From NCBI RefSeq assembly GCF_008065095.1, contig NZ_CP042911.1, forward strand, positions 4,860,001-4,892,000: a stretch of DNA of 32,000 bases, written 5' to 3'. Under the pieces are notes generated by a model. That model was not told the DNA's origin. It was given only the letters and a program-made list of their open reading frames with translations, and ran no database searches. Each line of letters begins with the position of its first letter. Within the stretch, counting starts at the first letter, position 1. Origin of the DNA: Gemmata obscuriglobus (GTDB lineage Bacteria > Planctomycetota > Planctomycetia > Gemmatales > Gemmataceae). Below are positions 18,335 to 26,806 of the stretch, one piece after another. Position numbers and translations under genes: made by a program.

Positions 18335-19351
18335 ATGACGAGCGTGCGCATCGTGCTCGCGGTGTCTGCGGTGCTGGTGTGCGGCCTCCTCCCGGCCGCG
18401 GCCTTCGGTCACGGACCGGACAAGGTCAGCGACAAAGCCAAGGACAAGCAAACCAAAGGGGGTAAGGACAAACCCGTCCTTCCGGTGGCCCTGCTGGGCT
18501 TCGACGAGCGCGGCGCCGGCGCGAAGGGGCTCGGCCCAAAGGTCACGGACCTGTTGTTTCTGAAACTCGCGGCACGGACCGAGTTCTTTCTGGTGGACCG
18601 CGCGGACCTGAAGAAGGCGCTCGACGAGCAGGTGTTGAGCCTGACCGGTGCGGTCAAGGCCGACACGGCGGTGACGGTCGGACAACTCACCGGCGCCAAG
18701 TTGCTCATAACGGGGTCCGTGGTTCAGATCGACAAACGGGTCCACCTGATCGCCAAGGTCATCAGTTCCGAGACCGGCCGGGTGGTCGGTGCCTCCGCCG
18801 AGGGGACGCTCTCGGACGATCTTGAAGGGCTCGTAGCTCAACTTGCCAACGTGATCACCGGAGTGACAATCAAGCAACGCGACCGGCTTTTGCCCGCGCC
18901 GGTCCCGGTCGCGGACCGTACCGCCGCACTCAACCGCAAGCTCGGCAAAGCCGCCCGCCCCACGATCGCAGTGCGCGTGACCGAACGGCACGTCGGCCAA
19001 CCGACCGCGGACCCGGCCGCACAGACGGAAATCACCAAACGCGCCAGGGCTCTGGCGTTCGAGGTGATCGACTTGGACGCGGACGGCGAAAGTCGTGCGG
19101 ACGTGTTCGTCACGGGCGAAGGGCTCAGCGAGGCGGCCGGCCGAGTCGGGCCGCTGGTCAGTGTGCGGGCGCGCGTCGAATTAAAAGCGATCGATCGCCG
19201 AACCGGCAAAGTGCTCGCGGTGGACCGTCACACATCGGTCGTGGTCGATTCGTCCGAACAGATCGCGGGCAAGACCGCACTCCAAAGCGCGGCCGCACTC
19301 CTGGCAGAGCGTGTGCTGCCACAACTCGTTACGGTGGAAAAGAAAAAGTAA
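18335..19351 (+). CDS. Secreted paralogue of the kinase ectodomain
   Basis: ATG at 18335 is preceded by GGGAGA. Signal peptide MTSVRIVLAVSAVLVCGLLPAAAFG. The rest is colinear with kinase residues encoded from about 17391 to 18248, with shared blocks LPVALLGFDERG, LVDR-DLKK-L-EQ-LSL-GAV, DRLLPA-VPVADR-AALN and LVSVRARVELKA-DR-TGK-LA. Confidence 0.85.
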   Translation: MTSVRIVLAVSAVLVCGLLPAAAFGHGPDKVSDKAKDKQTKGGKDKPVLPVALLGFDERGAGAKGLGPKVTDLLFLKLAARTEFFLVDRADLKKALDEQVLSLTGAVKADTAVTVGQLTGAKLLITGSVVQIDKRVHLIAKVISSETGRVVGASAEGTLSDDLEGLVAQLANVITGVTIKQRDRLLPAPVPVADRTAALNRKLGKAARPTIAVRVTERHVGQPTADPAAQTEITKRARALAFEVIDLDADGESRADVFVTGEGLSEAAGRVGPLVSVRARVELKAIDRRTGKVLAVDRHTSVVVDSSEQIAGKTALQSAAALLAERVLPQLVTVEKKK

Positions 19352-19391
19352 CCGAGACCTGCGTACCAGCAGCATCCCATAAGCCGTAGGC

Positions 19392-19413
19392 GCCGCTCGG
19401 GACCAAGAGCGGC
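19392..19413. terminator. Candidate bidirectional terminator hairpin between convergent genes
   Basis: gccgctc (19392-19398) pairs with gagcggc (19407-19413) around an 8-nt loop. It sits in the 65-bp gap between the stops at 19351 (+) and 19417 (-). There is no U-tract, so the call is weak. Confidence 0.3.
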
Positions 19414-19416
19414 CGG

Positions 19417-22083
19417 TTAATCCGCACCGGCAACGGGTAGTGTGAACGCGAACGCGGCTCCGCCGCCGTCAGCCGGGCGGGCACTGAGGTGCCCGCCGTG
19501 TGCCTCGATGATGCTCCGGCTGATCGCCAACCCCAACCCGGTGCCTTGCTCCTTGGTTGTGTAAAACGGCTCGAACACCCGCTCCAGTTCGTCCGGGCGC
19601 AACCCCGTGCCGGTGTCCGCCACCTCCACCCGTACACCGTCCGGGGCGCGCCGGGTCGTAATCGCGACCATGCGCGCCCCGGGCGGCGTGCCGGTCAGCG
19701 CTTCGGTCGCGTTCCGCAGGAGGTTCAACAGCACCTGCTCGATCTGAATCCGGTCGGCCTGAACCGGCGGCAGCCCCGCCCCCAAGTCGAGGGTCACCGC
19801 AACATGATGGTGCCGCAGCTCCGGACCGGCCAGCGCGAGGGCGTCGCGCACGGGGTCGTTCAGCTCGGTCGTGGACCGGTGCGGTGCCCGCTTGCGCATG
19901 AAGTCCCGCAGCCGCCGGATGATGCGCGCGGCGCGCTCCGCCTGGGCCACCGTCAGGTCGAGTACGTCGGCCACTTCGGCCGTCGTGCCCGTGCCCCCGC
20001 GGAGCCGCAGCGCGCCGCCCCGACAGTAGTTGATCACCGCCGTGAGCGGCTGGTTCAGCTCGTGCGCCAGCACCGCCGCCATCTCACCGACCGCCACGCA
20101 CCGGGCCACGTGCGCCAGTTCCGCCTGGTGCTGGTGCAGTTGCTCCTCGGCCCGCCATTGCGCGGTGGTGTCCGTGAGCGACGCCACCACAGGGAACGGT
20201 GCGCCGGTCCCCGGAAGCGCGTGAGCGTTCACAACCAGACGAACCGGCTCACCGTCCCGACCGCCGTCCAGGACCAGAACCACCCCCACGCACACGCCCC
20301 CGCCCAGGCGCACGACCTCCCACGGCAGCAGGTCCGCAGCGACCGGCAGCCCGTCCGCGCCCCGAACGCGCCCGAGCGTGTTACCGGGGCGCGTGCCGAG
20401 CAACCGATCGGTCGTGCCGCCGAAGATCCGCGCCGCGCTCTCGTTGGCCTTCAGCACCCGCCCGCCCGCGTCCAGCAGTAACACCCCTTCGTGCAGCGCC
20501 GACAGGATCAGCCGGTTGCGCTCGGCGCTCTCGCGCAGCGCCCGCTCTTGCTGCTTGCGAGCAGTGATGAACTGCATTGCGGACATGACCAGGTCCGGGG
20601 GCACGAACGAGTACGACACGAGCACGTCACCGTCCGGCCCCGCCGGCCCGACCCAGTCCACCCCGGCCCACCGGGACTCGCACTCGAACGCGCTCCGCTC
20701 CCGCAGGCACCGCGCCACGCTTGCCCGGTGGTCCGGTTGGTTCCGGTGCAGTTCCGAGAGCCGGCGCCCGAGCACCCGCGTGATTCCCCCGGCGGTGAGC
20801 CGCCGGGCGGCCTCGTTGCAGTCGGCCAGCACGAAGTCCGCCCCGTCACCTCTCCAGCACGCGGTCGCCAGTGGCGAGTTCTGGAACAGGTCACGGAAGC
20901 GGGCCTCGCTCGCGCGCAACGCGTCCGCGGCCCGAACGCGGTCGGTTACGTCCCGGCCCACCGACTGGAACCCGGTCACCCGCCCGGCGTCATCAAAGAA
21001 TGCCCGGTTCGTCCACTCATGCCACCGCAGTTCGCCCCCGGCGCCGATTACCCGGTTTTCGACCGAGGCGACGGGACGCGTGGGCGTGAGCGCCGCGAGG
21101 TGCCGGGCGACGTACTCCCGCTCCGGTTCCGGGAGCAGTTCCCAGAACCGGCGCCCGAGTAGCTGTTCAGGGGTTCGGCCGAAGTACCGACAGTACGGGC
21201 CGTTAACGTACGTGAGGGTGCCATCCGGGAGGGTCCGACAGAGCAACTCTGTTTGGGCCTCGACGACGCCGCGGAACCGCTGTTCGCTCTCCGCCAGCGC
21301 CCGCTCGGCGGCGCGACGGGCGGTCACGTCGTGGTGAACCACGACCGCGCCGCCCGATTCGTTCGGGAGCGGCTTGACAACCGCCCGGTACCACCGCTCC
21401 GCTCCGCCGCTCGGGCACGGGTACTCGGCGGCGAAGCGGTCCGCCGTTCCGCTCAGCACCGCGGCCAACCCGCCGCACATCTCGGCCGCCCCTGCGGAGT
21501 TCGGCCCGGCCACCTGGCGGCACGCGTCCAGGTAGTTCGCCCCGACCGCACAGCGCTGAGCGGGGCACCCGGTCGCGCGGGCGCACTCCTCCCACCCCGC
21601 GCTCGTGGCAACAATCACCCCGGAGCGATCGACGACCGCGACCAGTTCGTCGAGCGCACCAACCACCGCCCGGCCCAGGGCCGTCTCTGTGCCCCGCGCG
21701 GGCGTAACGTGCTCCGCTCGAACCACTGCCAGCACCGCCCCGCCGTGGAACGGCCGGACCGCGACCTCAACGGGGAACTCCGTGCCGTCCTTGCGGCGCC
21801 CCCGGATGCCGGGGCGGCGGCACACGGCCTGAACGTTCTGATCGGTCGCACGCGCGAGCCGATGTCGCTCGTGGTCGCGCCGCGCGCGGTCGGGCACGAG
21901 GGCGTCGAGGTGAACGTCGCACAGTTCCCCGGGGCCGTACCCGAACAGCACCTCTGCGGGGCGGTTGGCGGAGCCGATCACGCCGTCAGGGCCAACGACC
22001 AGAACACCGTCGCTTAGCGCATCGAGCACGAGTTCCGCCGACGGCCGACCGGGGTTCGAGGGAAGGTGTGAGGTGTCTGACAT
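19417..22083 (-). CDS. Soluble multi-PAS sensor histidine kinase
   Basis: ATG at 22081-22083. H-box HELNQPLTAV, N-box LLNLLRNATEAL, G1 DTGTGL, G2 GTGLGLAISRSI. The roughly 600 aa upstream consist of repeated PAS-like segments (about five by eye). No hydrophobic span is seen. Confidence 0.9.
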   Translation of the reverse strand: MSDTSHLPSNPGRPSAELVLDALSDGVLVVGPDGVIGSANRPAEVLFGYGPGELCDVHLDALVPDRARRDHERHRLARATDQNVQAVCRRPGIRGRRKDGTEFPVEVAVRPFHGGAVLAVVRAEHVTPARGTETALGRAVVGALDELVAVVDRSGVIVATSAGWEECARATGCPAQRCAVGANYLDACRQVAGPNSAGAAEMCGGLAAVLSGTADRFAAEYPCPSGGAERWYRAVVKPLPNESGGAVVVHHDVTARRAAERALAESEQRFRGVVEAQTELLCRTLPDGTLTYVNGPYCRYFGRTPEQLLGRRFWELLPEPEREYVARHLAALTPTRPVASVENRVIGAGGELRWHEWTNRAFFDDAGRVTGFQSVGRDVTDRVRAADALRASEARFRDLFQNSPLATACWRGDGADFVLADCNEAARRLTAGGITRVLGRRLSELHRNQPDHRASVARCLRERSAFECESRWAGVDWVGPAGPDGDVLVSYSFVPPDLVMSAMQFITARKQQERALRESAERNRLILSALHEGVLLLDAGGRVLKANESAARIFGGTTDRLLGTRPGNTLGRVRGADGLPVAADLLPWEVVRLGGGVCVGVVLVLDGGRDGEPVRLVVNAHALPGTGAPFPVVASLTDTTAQWRAEEQLHQHQAELAHVARCVAVGEMAAVLAHELNQPLTAVINYCRGGALRLRGGTGTTAEVADVLDLTVAQAERAARIIRRLRDFMRKRAPHRSTTELNDPVRDALALAGPELRHHHVAVTLDLGAGLPPVQADRIQIEQVLLNLLRNATEALTGTPPGARMVAITTRRAPDGVRVEVADTGTGLRPDELERVFEPFYTTKEQGTGLGLAISRSIIEAHGGHLSARPADGGGAAFAFTLPVAGAD

Positions 22084-22807
22084 AGCGCGGGGAGGACCAC
22101 AAAGCGCGGCGCGTCACGTGATCGCGACCGAAATCGCAGATAGCACTGTCGAATGTCAGGGGGCGACTTGAATAGGAAAACGTGGGGCGGTGCCGAACCG
22201 CGACAATATGGGTATTGCCCAAGCTCGGCTCTAAACTCAATGGTATGACTTTCAGTCGGCCGGCGATAAGAGAAAGCGCGCTCGCCGCTGAAAGAATCCC
22301 ACGACGAGCGTTTCGACCGTTCCTTCGGGACGAATACCAACAACTCAACCTGGAAGTGACAGCCGACCTGCGGGGCGCTCTCGTTCTTGTTCGTCGCCGG
22401 TCCCCACTTGATCATCGCCTCGGTCCTTTTCCGACCCCGACCAGATCGTAAAGATCATTGTTATCGACAACATGCAACGGGCCTTCCGACACCTCTCGCT
22501 CTCATACTTCCTTTCAAGGCGTCGTCGGTTTGCAGCAGGGACGGCACCGGGTTACCGACGGCCGCTTGCAGTTTCACCGCACCCAGGGTGGGTGGGTGGG
22601 CCTTCCGTCACTTCGACCCGAGCGGACGACCACCCGGGCGCTGCAAGGTAGCGGTTATGCGCTCCAAACATGGCAGCGCCCGACGGGACAAGTCGCCGAA
22701 CCGGCCGGTTCAGTGTTTCTCCCGACGCGGGAGTAGTGTAAAGTGTAACTACCCACCCGCGCGCAACGCCGGTCGAAGCACGCACACTCGTGTCAGGTGC
22801 TCCCCGA

Positions 22808-23425
22808 ATGATGTCGGCCCCCCCGCCCGCCACAATCTTTGTGGTCGACGACGACCCCAACGTTCGAAACTCGCTGTCCTGGCTGTTCGCGTCCGTAAAC
22901 CTTCCGGTGCAGTCGTTCAACAGCGGCGAAGAGTTCTTGCGAGAGGTGGGTACGGAACAACCGGGGTGCGCGATTCTGGACCTGCGAATGCCGGGGTTGA
23001 GCGGGCTCGCGGTGCTCGAACAACTGGCGACCCGCGAGATCGGCCCGGCGGTCGTACTCACCACCGGCTTCGGGAGCGTGCCCACCACGGCCCGGGCCAT
23101 GCGGTCCGGGGCGGTTCACGTTCTTGAGAAGCCATACGACGACCAGGAGATGCTCGACACGGTTCACGAAGCGCTGCGGTTGGACGCCGAGAAGCGGACC
23201 CTGCGCGCACAGCGGATCGCGATTCAGGCCCGGTTGACCGCGCTCACCGCGCGCGAGCGCGAGGTGCTCGATCTCGTCGTCTCCGGGAAGGCGAACAAGG
23301 TCATCGCACGGGAACTGGCGGTGAGCGAGAAGAGCGTCGAGTTCCACCGCGGCAACATGATGCGCAAGCTCAAGGTCGACAACGTCGCCGAACTCGTCCG
23401 GCTCGTGCTCACTAGCGGCGCGTGA
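22808..23425 (+). CDS. FixJ/NarL-type response regulator (receiver plus LuxR-type HTH)
   Basis: Start at ATG 22808 (or 22811). Receiver domain IFVVDDDPNVR...DLRMPGLSG. HTH LTAREREVLDLVVSGKANKVIARELAVSEKSVEFHRGNMMRKL. Confidence 0.9.
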   Translation: MMSAPPPATIFVVDDDPNVRNSLSWLFASVNLPVQSFNSGEEFLREVGTEQPGCAILDLRMPGLSGLAVLEQLATREIGPAVVLTTGFGSVPTTARAMRSGAVHVLEKPYDDQEMLDTVHEALRLDAEKRTLRAQRIAIQARLTALTAREREVLDLVVSGKANKVIARELAVSEKSVEFHRGNMMRKLKVDNVAELVRLVLTSGA

Positions 23426-23504
23426 ACTCCCGGCCCTGGGCGGCGAGCGCGGACAAGCAGATCCTGCACACGATTGCCTTTTGAGTGTGGCTCGCTCGCT
23501 CCGA

Positions 23505-25031
23505 GGGTGTGATTTTTTGCCCCCGGCGTCCCCTCCCTTGCGCCCTCGCCGCCCCGCGGGTCACACGCCTTGTGGCTCGCGATTGTGTTCGCTTGCTTTT
23601 CGTGCGGCCTCGCGCAGGGTATCCGTCCATGGTCGCTGCGGGTGCTTGTGGGCGCACCGCCGGATGGTCTGGAACAAGTTGTGCACGAGCGCGTGGAGCA
23701 CCACCACGGCTCGCACCGCGACCAACCCGCGGACACGGAACTGGTACAACCCGCGGTTACGCATGCCGGCGTTCACCCACTCGGCGGCCGGCGCCCGCTC
23801 CTTGTAAATGGCCTGACCGTCCGGGGTCCCCATGCGCACCCGCAGGGCCTTCATCCCGGGTCCGTCCCTCCGCTTCGGGGCGCATGGGTCCCGGCCCGCC
23901 AACCGGTCCGCTCGGGCCCCTTTCGGGGGCATGAACACGGTGACCCCGCTCCGCGCCGCCCGCTCCACATCGGCCCCGCTCGCGAACCCGCCGTCCACCA
24001 GCGCCTCACCCGGCTTCCGCCCGTAGGTCGCTTCGACCCGGTCCAGCATCGGCCCCAGCAGCCCACCATCGGTTCCTTGATTGGTCACGTCTACCGCCAC
24101 GATGATCTTCTCGGCGGTGGTGGTCATCGCCGGCACGTTGTACGCCGGCCGGTACCCGCCATCGGGCATCTTCATGCGACGGCACGCGGGGTCGGTGGAC
24201 GACGCCCGGGGCGCGGACCGTACCGGGTCGGCGGCCGCTTTCGCCGCCGCCGGTGGGTTCCGTCGGAGCCGCGCCGCCCGCGCGCGCCAACTCGGCCGCG
24301 TCCTGTTGGGCCACCTTCAGCCGCTCGAGCTTCTCCCGCGCGTGCCGCTCCCGGGCGGCCCGGGAGCGGCACGCGGCGGTCCCCTTGGGCTGGTCCGGTT
24401 GGTCCTGGAGCAACCGCAGCGGCTCGGCCACCTCGCGCGGACATTGCTCCAACGATTCGAGCCGGTGGAACGAGCCGGCGCCGGCGTGGGCCCGCACCCG
24501 CATCCCGTCCTGGGCCACCCGCTTCAGGTGCACCAACTCGGCGTGCATCCGGATCGCCACGTGCTCGTGGAACAGGGCCTCCAATTCGGTTCCCGCGTGG
24601 GTGCGGAAGTTGGACAGCAGGTGGTAGTTGACCGTGACACCCCCGCACAACCAACGGAACCCCACATCCCGCACGCACAACCGGGCCAACCGGCGGGCCG
24701 ACCCGACCCCCTCGACCGTGGCGAACATCCACAGGGCCACCAGCAGCCGTGGGTCCGTCGCATTCCGCCCGGGGCGCCCTTCCACCGCGCGGATCGTGGC
24801 TACGAACCGATCCAGGTTCAGCGTCGTCACGTCGCTCCAGATCACCCGCACCGGGTCGTCCGCCGAAACCAACTTGTCAATCGTTAGCGACGCCACCGTC
24901 GCCGCCCGGTCCGGGGTTCGCAGTCGCGGCAACGCGTCCATCACAAGGTCCCAACAGCCCGCACCCCTGGAATCAACACTGCGACAATTATAGAGCCAAT
25001 AGATTAACCAGACGCCGGGAAAATCACAGCC
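23505..25031 (-). mobile_element. IS1182-family-like insertion sequence (about 1.5 kb)
   Basis: Imperfect terminal inverted repeats: gggtgtgattttttgcccccggcgtc (23505-23530) versus the reverse complement of 25011-25031, ggctgtgattttcccggcgtc. These match at 20 of 21 positions with a 5-nt indel. They enclose the transposase. Exact termini are uncertain. Confidence 0.65.
23561..24941 (-). pseudogene. IS1182-family DDE transposase, frameshifted
   Basis: N-terminal part starts at ATG 24939-24941: MDALPRLRTPDR...DPRLLVALWMFATVEGVGSARRLARLC...NYHLLSNFR. The C-terminal catalytic part KMPDGGYRPAYNV...IIVAVDVTNQGTDGG...ALVDGGFAS...AEWVNAGMRNRG...LVHNL is in the +1 frame (track ORF 23561-24175). The frame change lies between about 24180 and 24290. 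Confidence 0.8.
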
Positions 25032-25265
25032 TTTCCGCGAGTATTCCGATCCCGGCGTTGAGTGCCACGCACTTCCGGACCCCGGAGCCACCTCCGCACG
25101 GAGTGTCCGGACCGCAATCAAAAATGGTGGCAGAACGGGCCTCATACATGAGCCCACCTGCGGTGTCGCTGTCTTGACGAGCCGCGACCGCGAGGCTCAT
25201 GATCCCCCAGATCTTGCGTAGCGGGTGAGAATCGTTAGTCTTTGCTCGGCAAGAACTCGTGTCGA

Positions 25266-26684
25266 ATGGGGTTGAGAGGCGCGCGCGTGGATTCGTCATT
25301 CCAATCCCGCGCGCGTTTCGCGCGGGCTCATTTCGCCGGTGCCGAACTCGGGGACCGGCGCCGGTCCGCACGGCTCGTGGCCCTGGCCGAACTCGGGGAC
25401 CGGCCCCAAGGGACCCTCCCGAACAAGATCCCGGACCCGTACCAACTCGATGCCGCGTACCGGTTCTTTCGCACCGAGCAGGTCACACCCGATGCGATCC
25501 AACAGCCCCATCGGCACCACACTCGGGTCGAACTGGACCGGACCGAGGACGTGGTCCTCATCGCCCACGACGGCACGGAGCTCAACTTCACCGGCCTCGG
25601 TGTGCCGGAACTGGGCGTTCTGGCTGGCCCCAAGCAGCGCGGGTTCGTGGCCCACAACAGCTTGGCCGTCACCGCGTCCGGGCGCATCCTCGGGTTGTTG
25701 CACCAGATCCTGTTCACCCCTCGCAACGCATCCCGCAAGGCACCCAAGTCGGAGCGGCGGCACGACCCGCATAAGGCGAGCGTCCTGTGGCGCGACGCGT
25801 TAGAAGCGATCGGCCCGGCGCCGGCGGGCAAGCGGTGGGTGCATGTGGCCGACCGCGGGGCCGACGTGACCGAGTTCCGGGACTACGCGCACGAGAACCG
25901 GATGGAGTACGTGGTGCGGGTGAACCACAACCGCAATGTCACGGTGCTCGACGAGGCCGGCGAATGGACCGTGGCCAAGCTGCACGACACACTGCAATGC
26001 CAGCCCGCGTTGGGTCGGCGAACGCAGGAGGTGGGCACGCAGAAGGGCCGTACCGGTGGCACCGCAACGGTGGCCGTCCGCGCGCTCACGTTGTCCTTGA
26101 TCCCGCCCCGGCCGCCGCGCGGCCGGGCGCGCGGCGTGCCGTTGCTGGTAACGGCGATTCGCGTGTGGGAAGTGGACCCGCCCGCGGGCGAGAAGCCGTT
26201 GGAGTGGCTCCTGGTGACCAACGTGCCCGGTGCCGATGTGGCGAGCGCGTGGGCGCGTGCCGATTGGTACGCGAAGCGATGGAGGGTGGAGGAGTACCAC
26301 AAGAGCTTAAAAACGGGCCTGGGCCTGGAGGAGTTGCAACTGACCACGAAGGTCGGGTTGCAGAACGCGCTGTCGTTGCTGTCGGTGGTGGCGGTCGGGT
26401 TGGTGATGCTCCGGGAGTTGGCCCGTGACCCGGTCACCGCCGCACAACCGATCGACGGTTGGGTGCAGCGGTCCTGGGTCGAGGTGTTGTCGCAATGGCG
26501 GCACGACCACGGCGAGCAACTGGCAACGGTGAAGGACTGGGTGTGGGCGCTGGCGCGCCTGGGCGGGCACCAGAATGCCGCCCAACTCGGCCCACCCGGG
26601 TGGCACACGCTGCTCCGGGGGTGGCCCCAACTACAAGCCATGATTGACGGTTGGGAGATCCGCGGTAGTTGTGGGGGATCATGA
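25266..26684 (+). CDS. IS4-family (Tn5-like) DDE transposase, apparently intact
   Basis: ATG at 25266. Tn5-like N-terminus FAGAELGDRRRSARLV, D1 VLIAHDGTELNF, D2 WVHVADRGADVTEF, and a perfect Y-2-R-3-E-6-K signature YAKRWRVEEYHKSLKTG. Confidence 0.9.
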   Translation: MGLRGARVDSSFQSRARFARAHFAGAELGDRRRSARLVALAELGDRPQGTLPNKIPDPYQLDAAYRFFRTEQVTPDAIQQPHRHHTRVELDRTEDVVLIAHDGTELNFTGLGVPELGVLAGPKQRGFVAHNSLAVTASGRILGLLHQILFTPRNASRKAPKSERRHDPHKASVLWRDALEAIGPAPAGKRWVHVADRGADVTEFRDYAHENRMEYVVRVNHNRNVTVLDEAGEWTVAKLHDTLQCQPALGRRTQEVGTQKGRTGGTATVAVRALTLSLIPPRPPRGRARGVPLLVTAIRVWEVDPPAGEKPLEWLLVTNVPGADVASAWARADWYAKRWRVEEYHKSLKTGLGLEELQLTTKVGLQNALSLLSVVAVGLVMLRELARDPVTAAQPIDGWVQRSWVEVLSQWRHDHGEQLATVKDWVWALARLGGHQNAAQLGPPGWHTLLRGWPQLQAMIDGWEIRGSCGGS

Positions 26685-26748
26685 GGTGTCGGGGAGCGGG
26701 TACCGTTGCACCGCTCCCTGGCCAGTAGTTTCAAGGGGCTGGATATGC

Positions 26749-26806
26749 CGCATGGGAGTTCCTAAGTTCAAGGTTCTCAGGCACTTGAACGGGAAGCTCC
26801 CATGCG
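26749..26806 (+). promoter_or_regulatory. Strong stem-loop that sequesters the transposase start codon
   Basis: cgcatgggag (26749-26758) pairs perfectly with ctcccatgcg (26797-26806). Further pairs are ttcc/ggaa and gttcaag/cttgaac, giving about 21 bp in total around an 11-nt loop. The ATG at 26802-26804 lies in the 3' arm. Confidence 0.45.

Noticed and set aside
22408-22416. An FNR/FixK-type box (TTGAT-N4-ATCAA) in the kinase/regulator intergenic region
   Set aside because: Only the TTGAT half-site is present (ttgatcatc) and the second half-site is missing.
25032-25137. The short spacers 25032-25137 and 28894-29020 as a single host sequence split by the IS50-like element
   Set aside because: There is no direct repeat at the junctions and no ORF continuity across them. 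A relationship beyond the inverted similarity next to the inverted repeats is not demonstrable.
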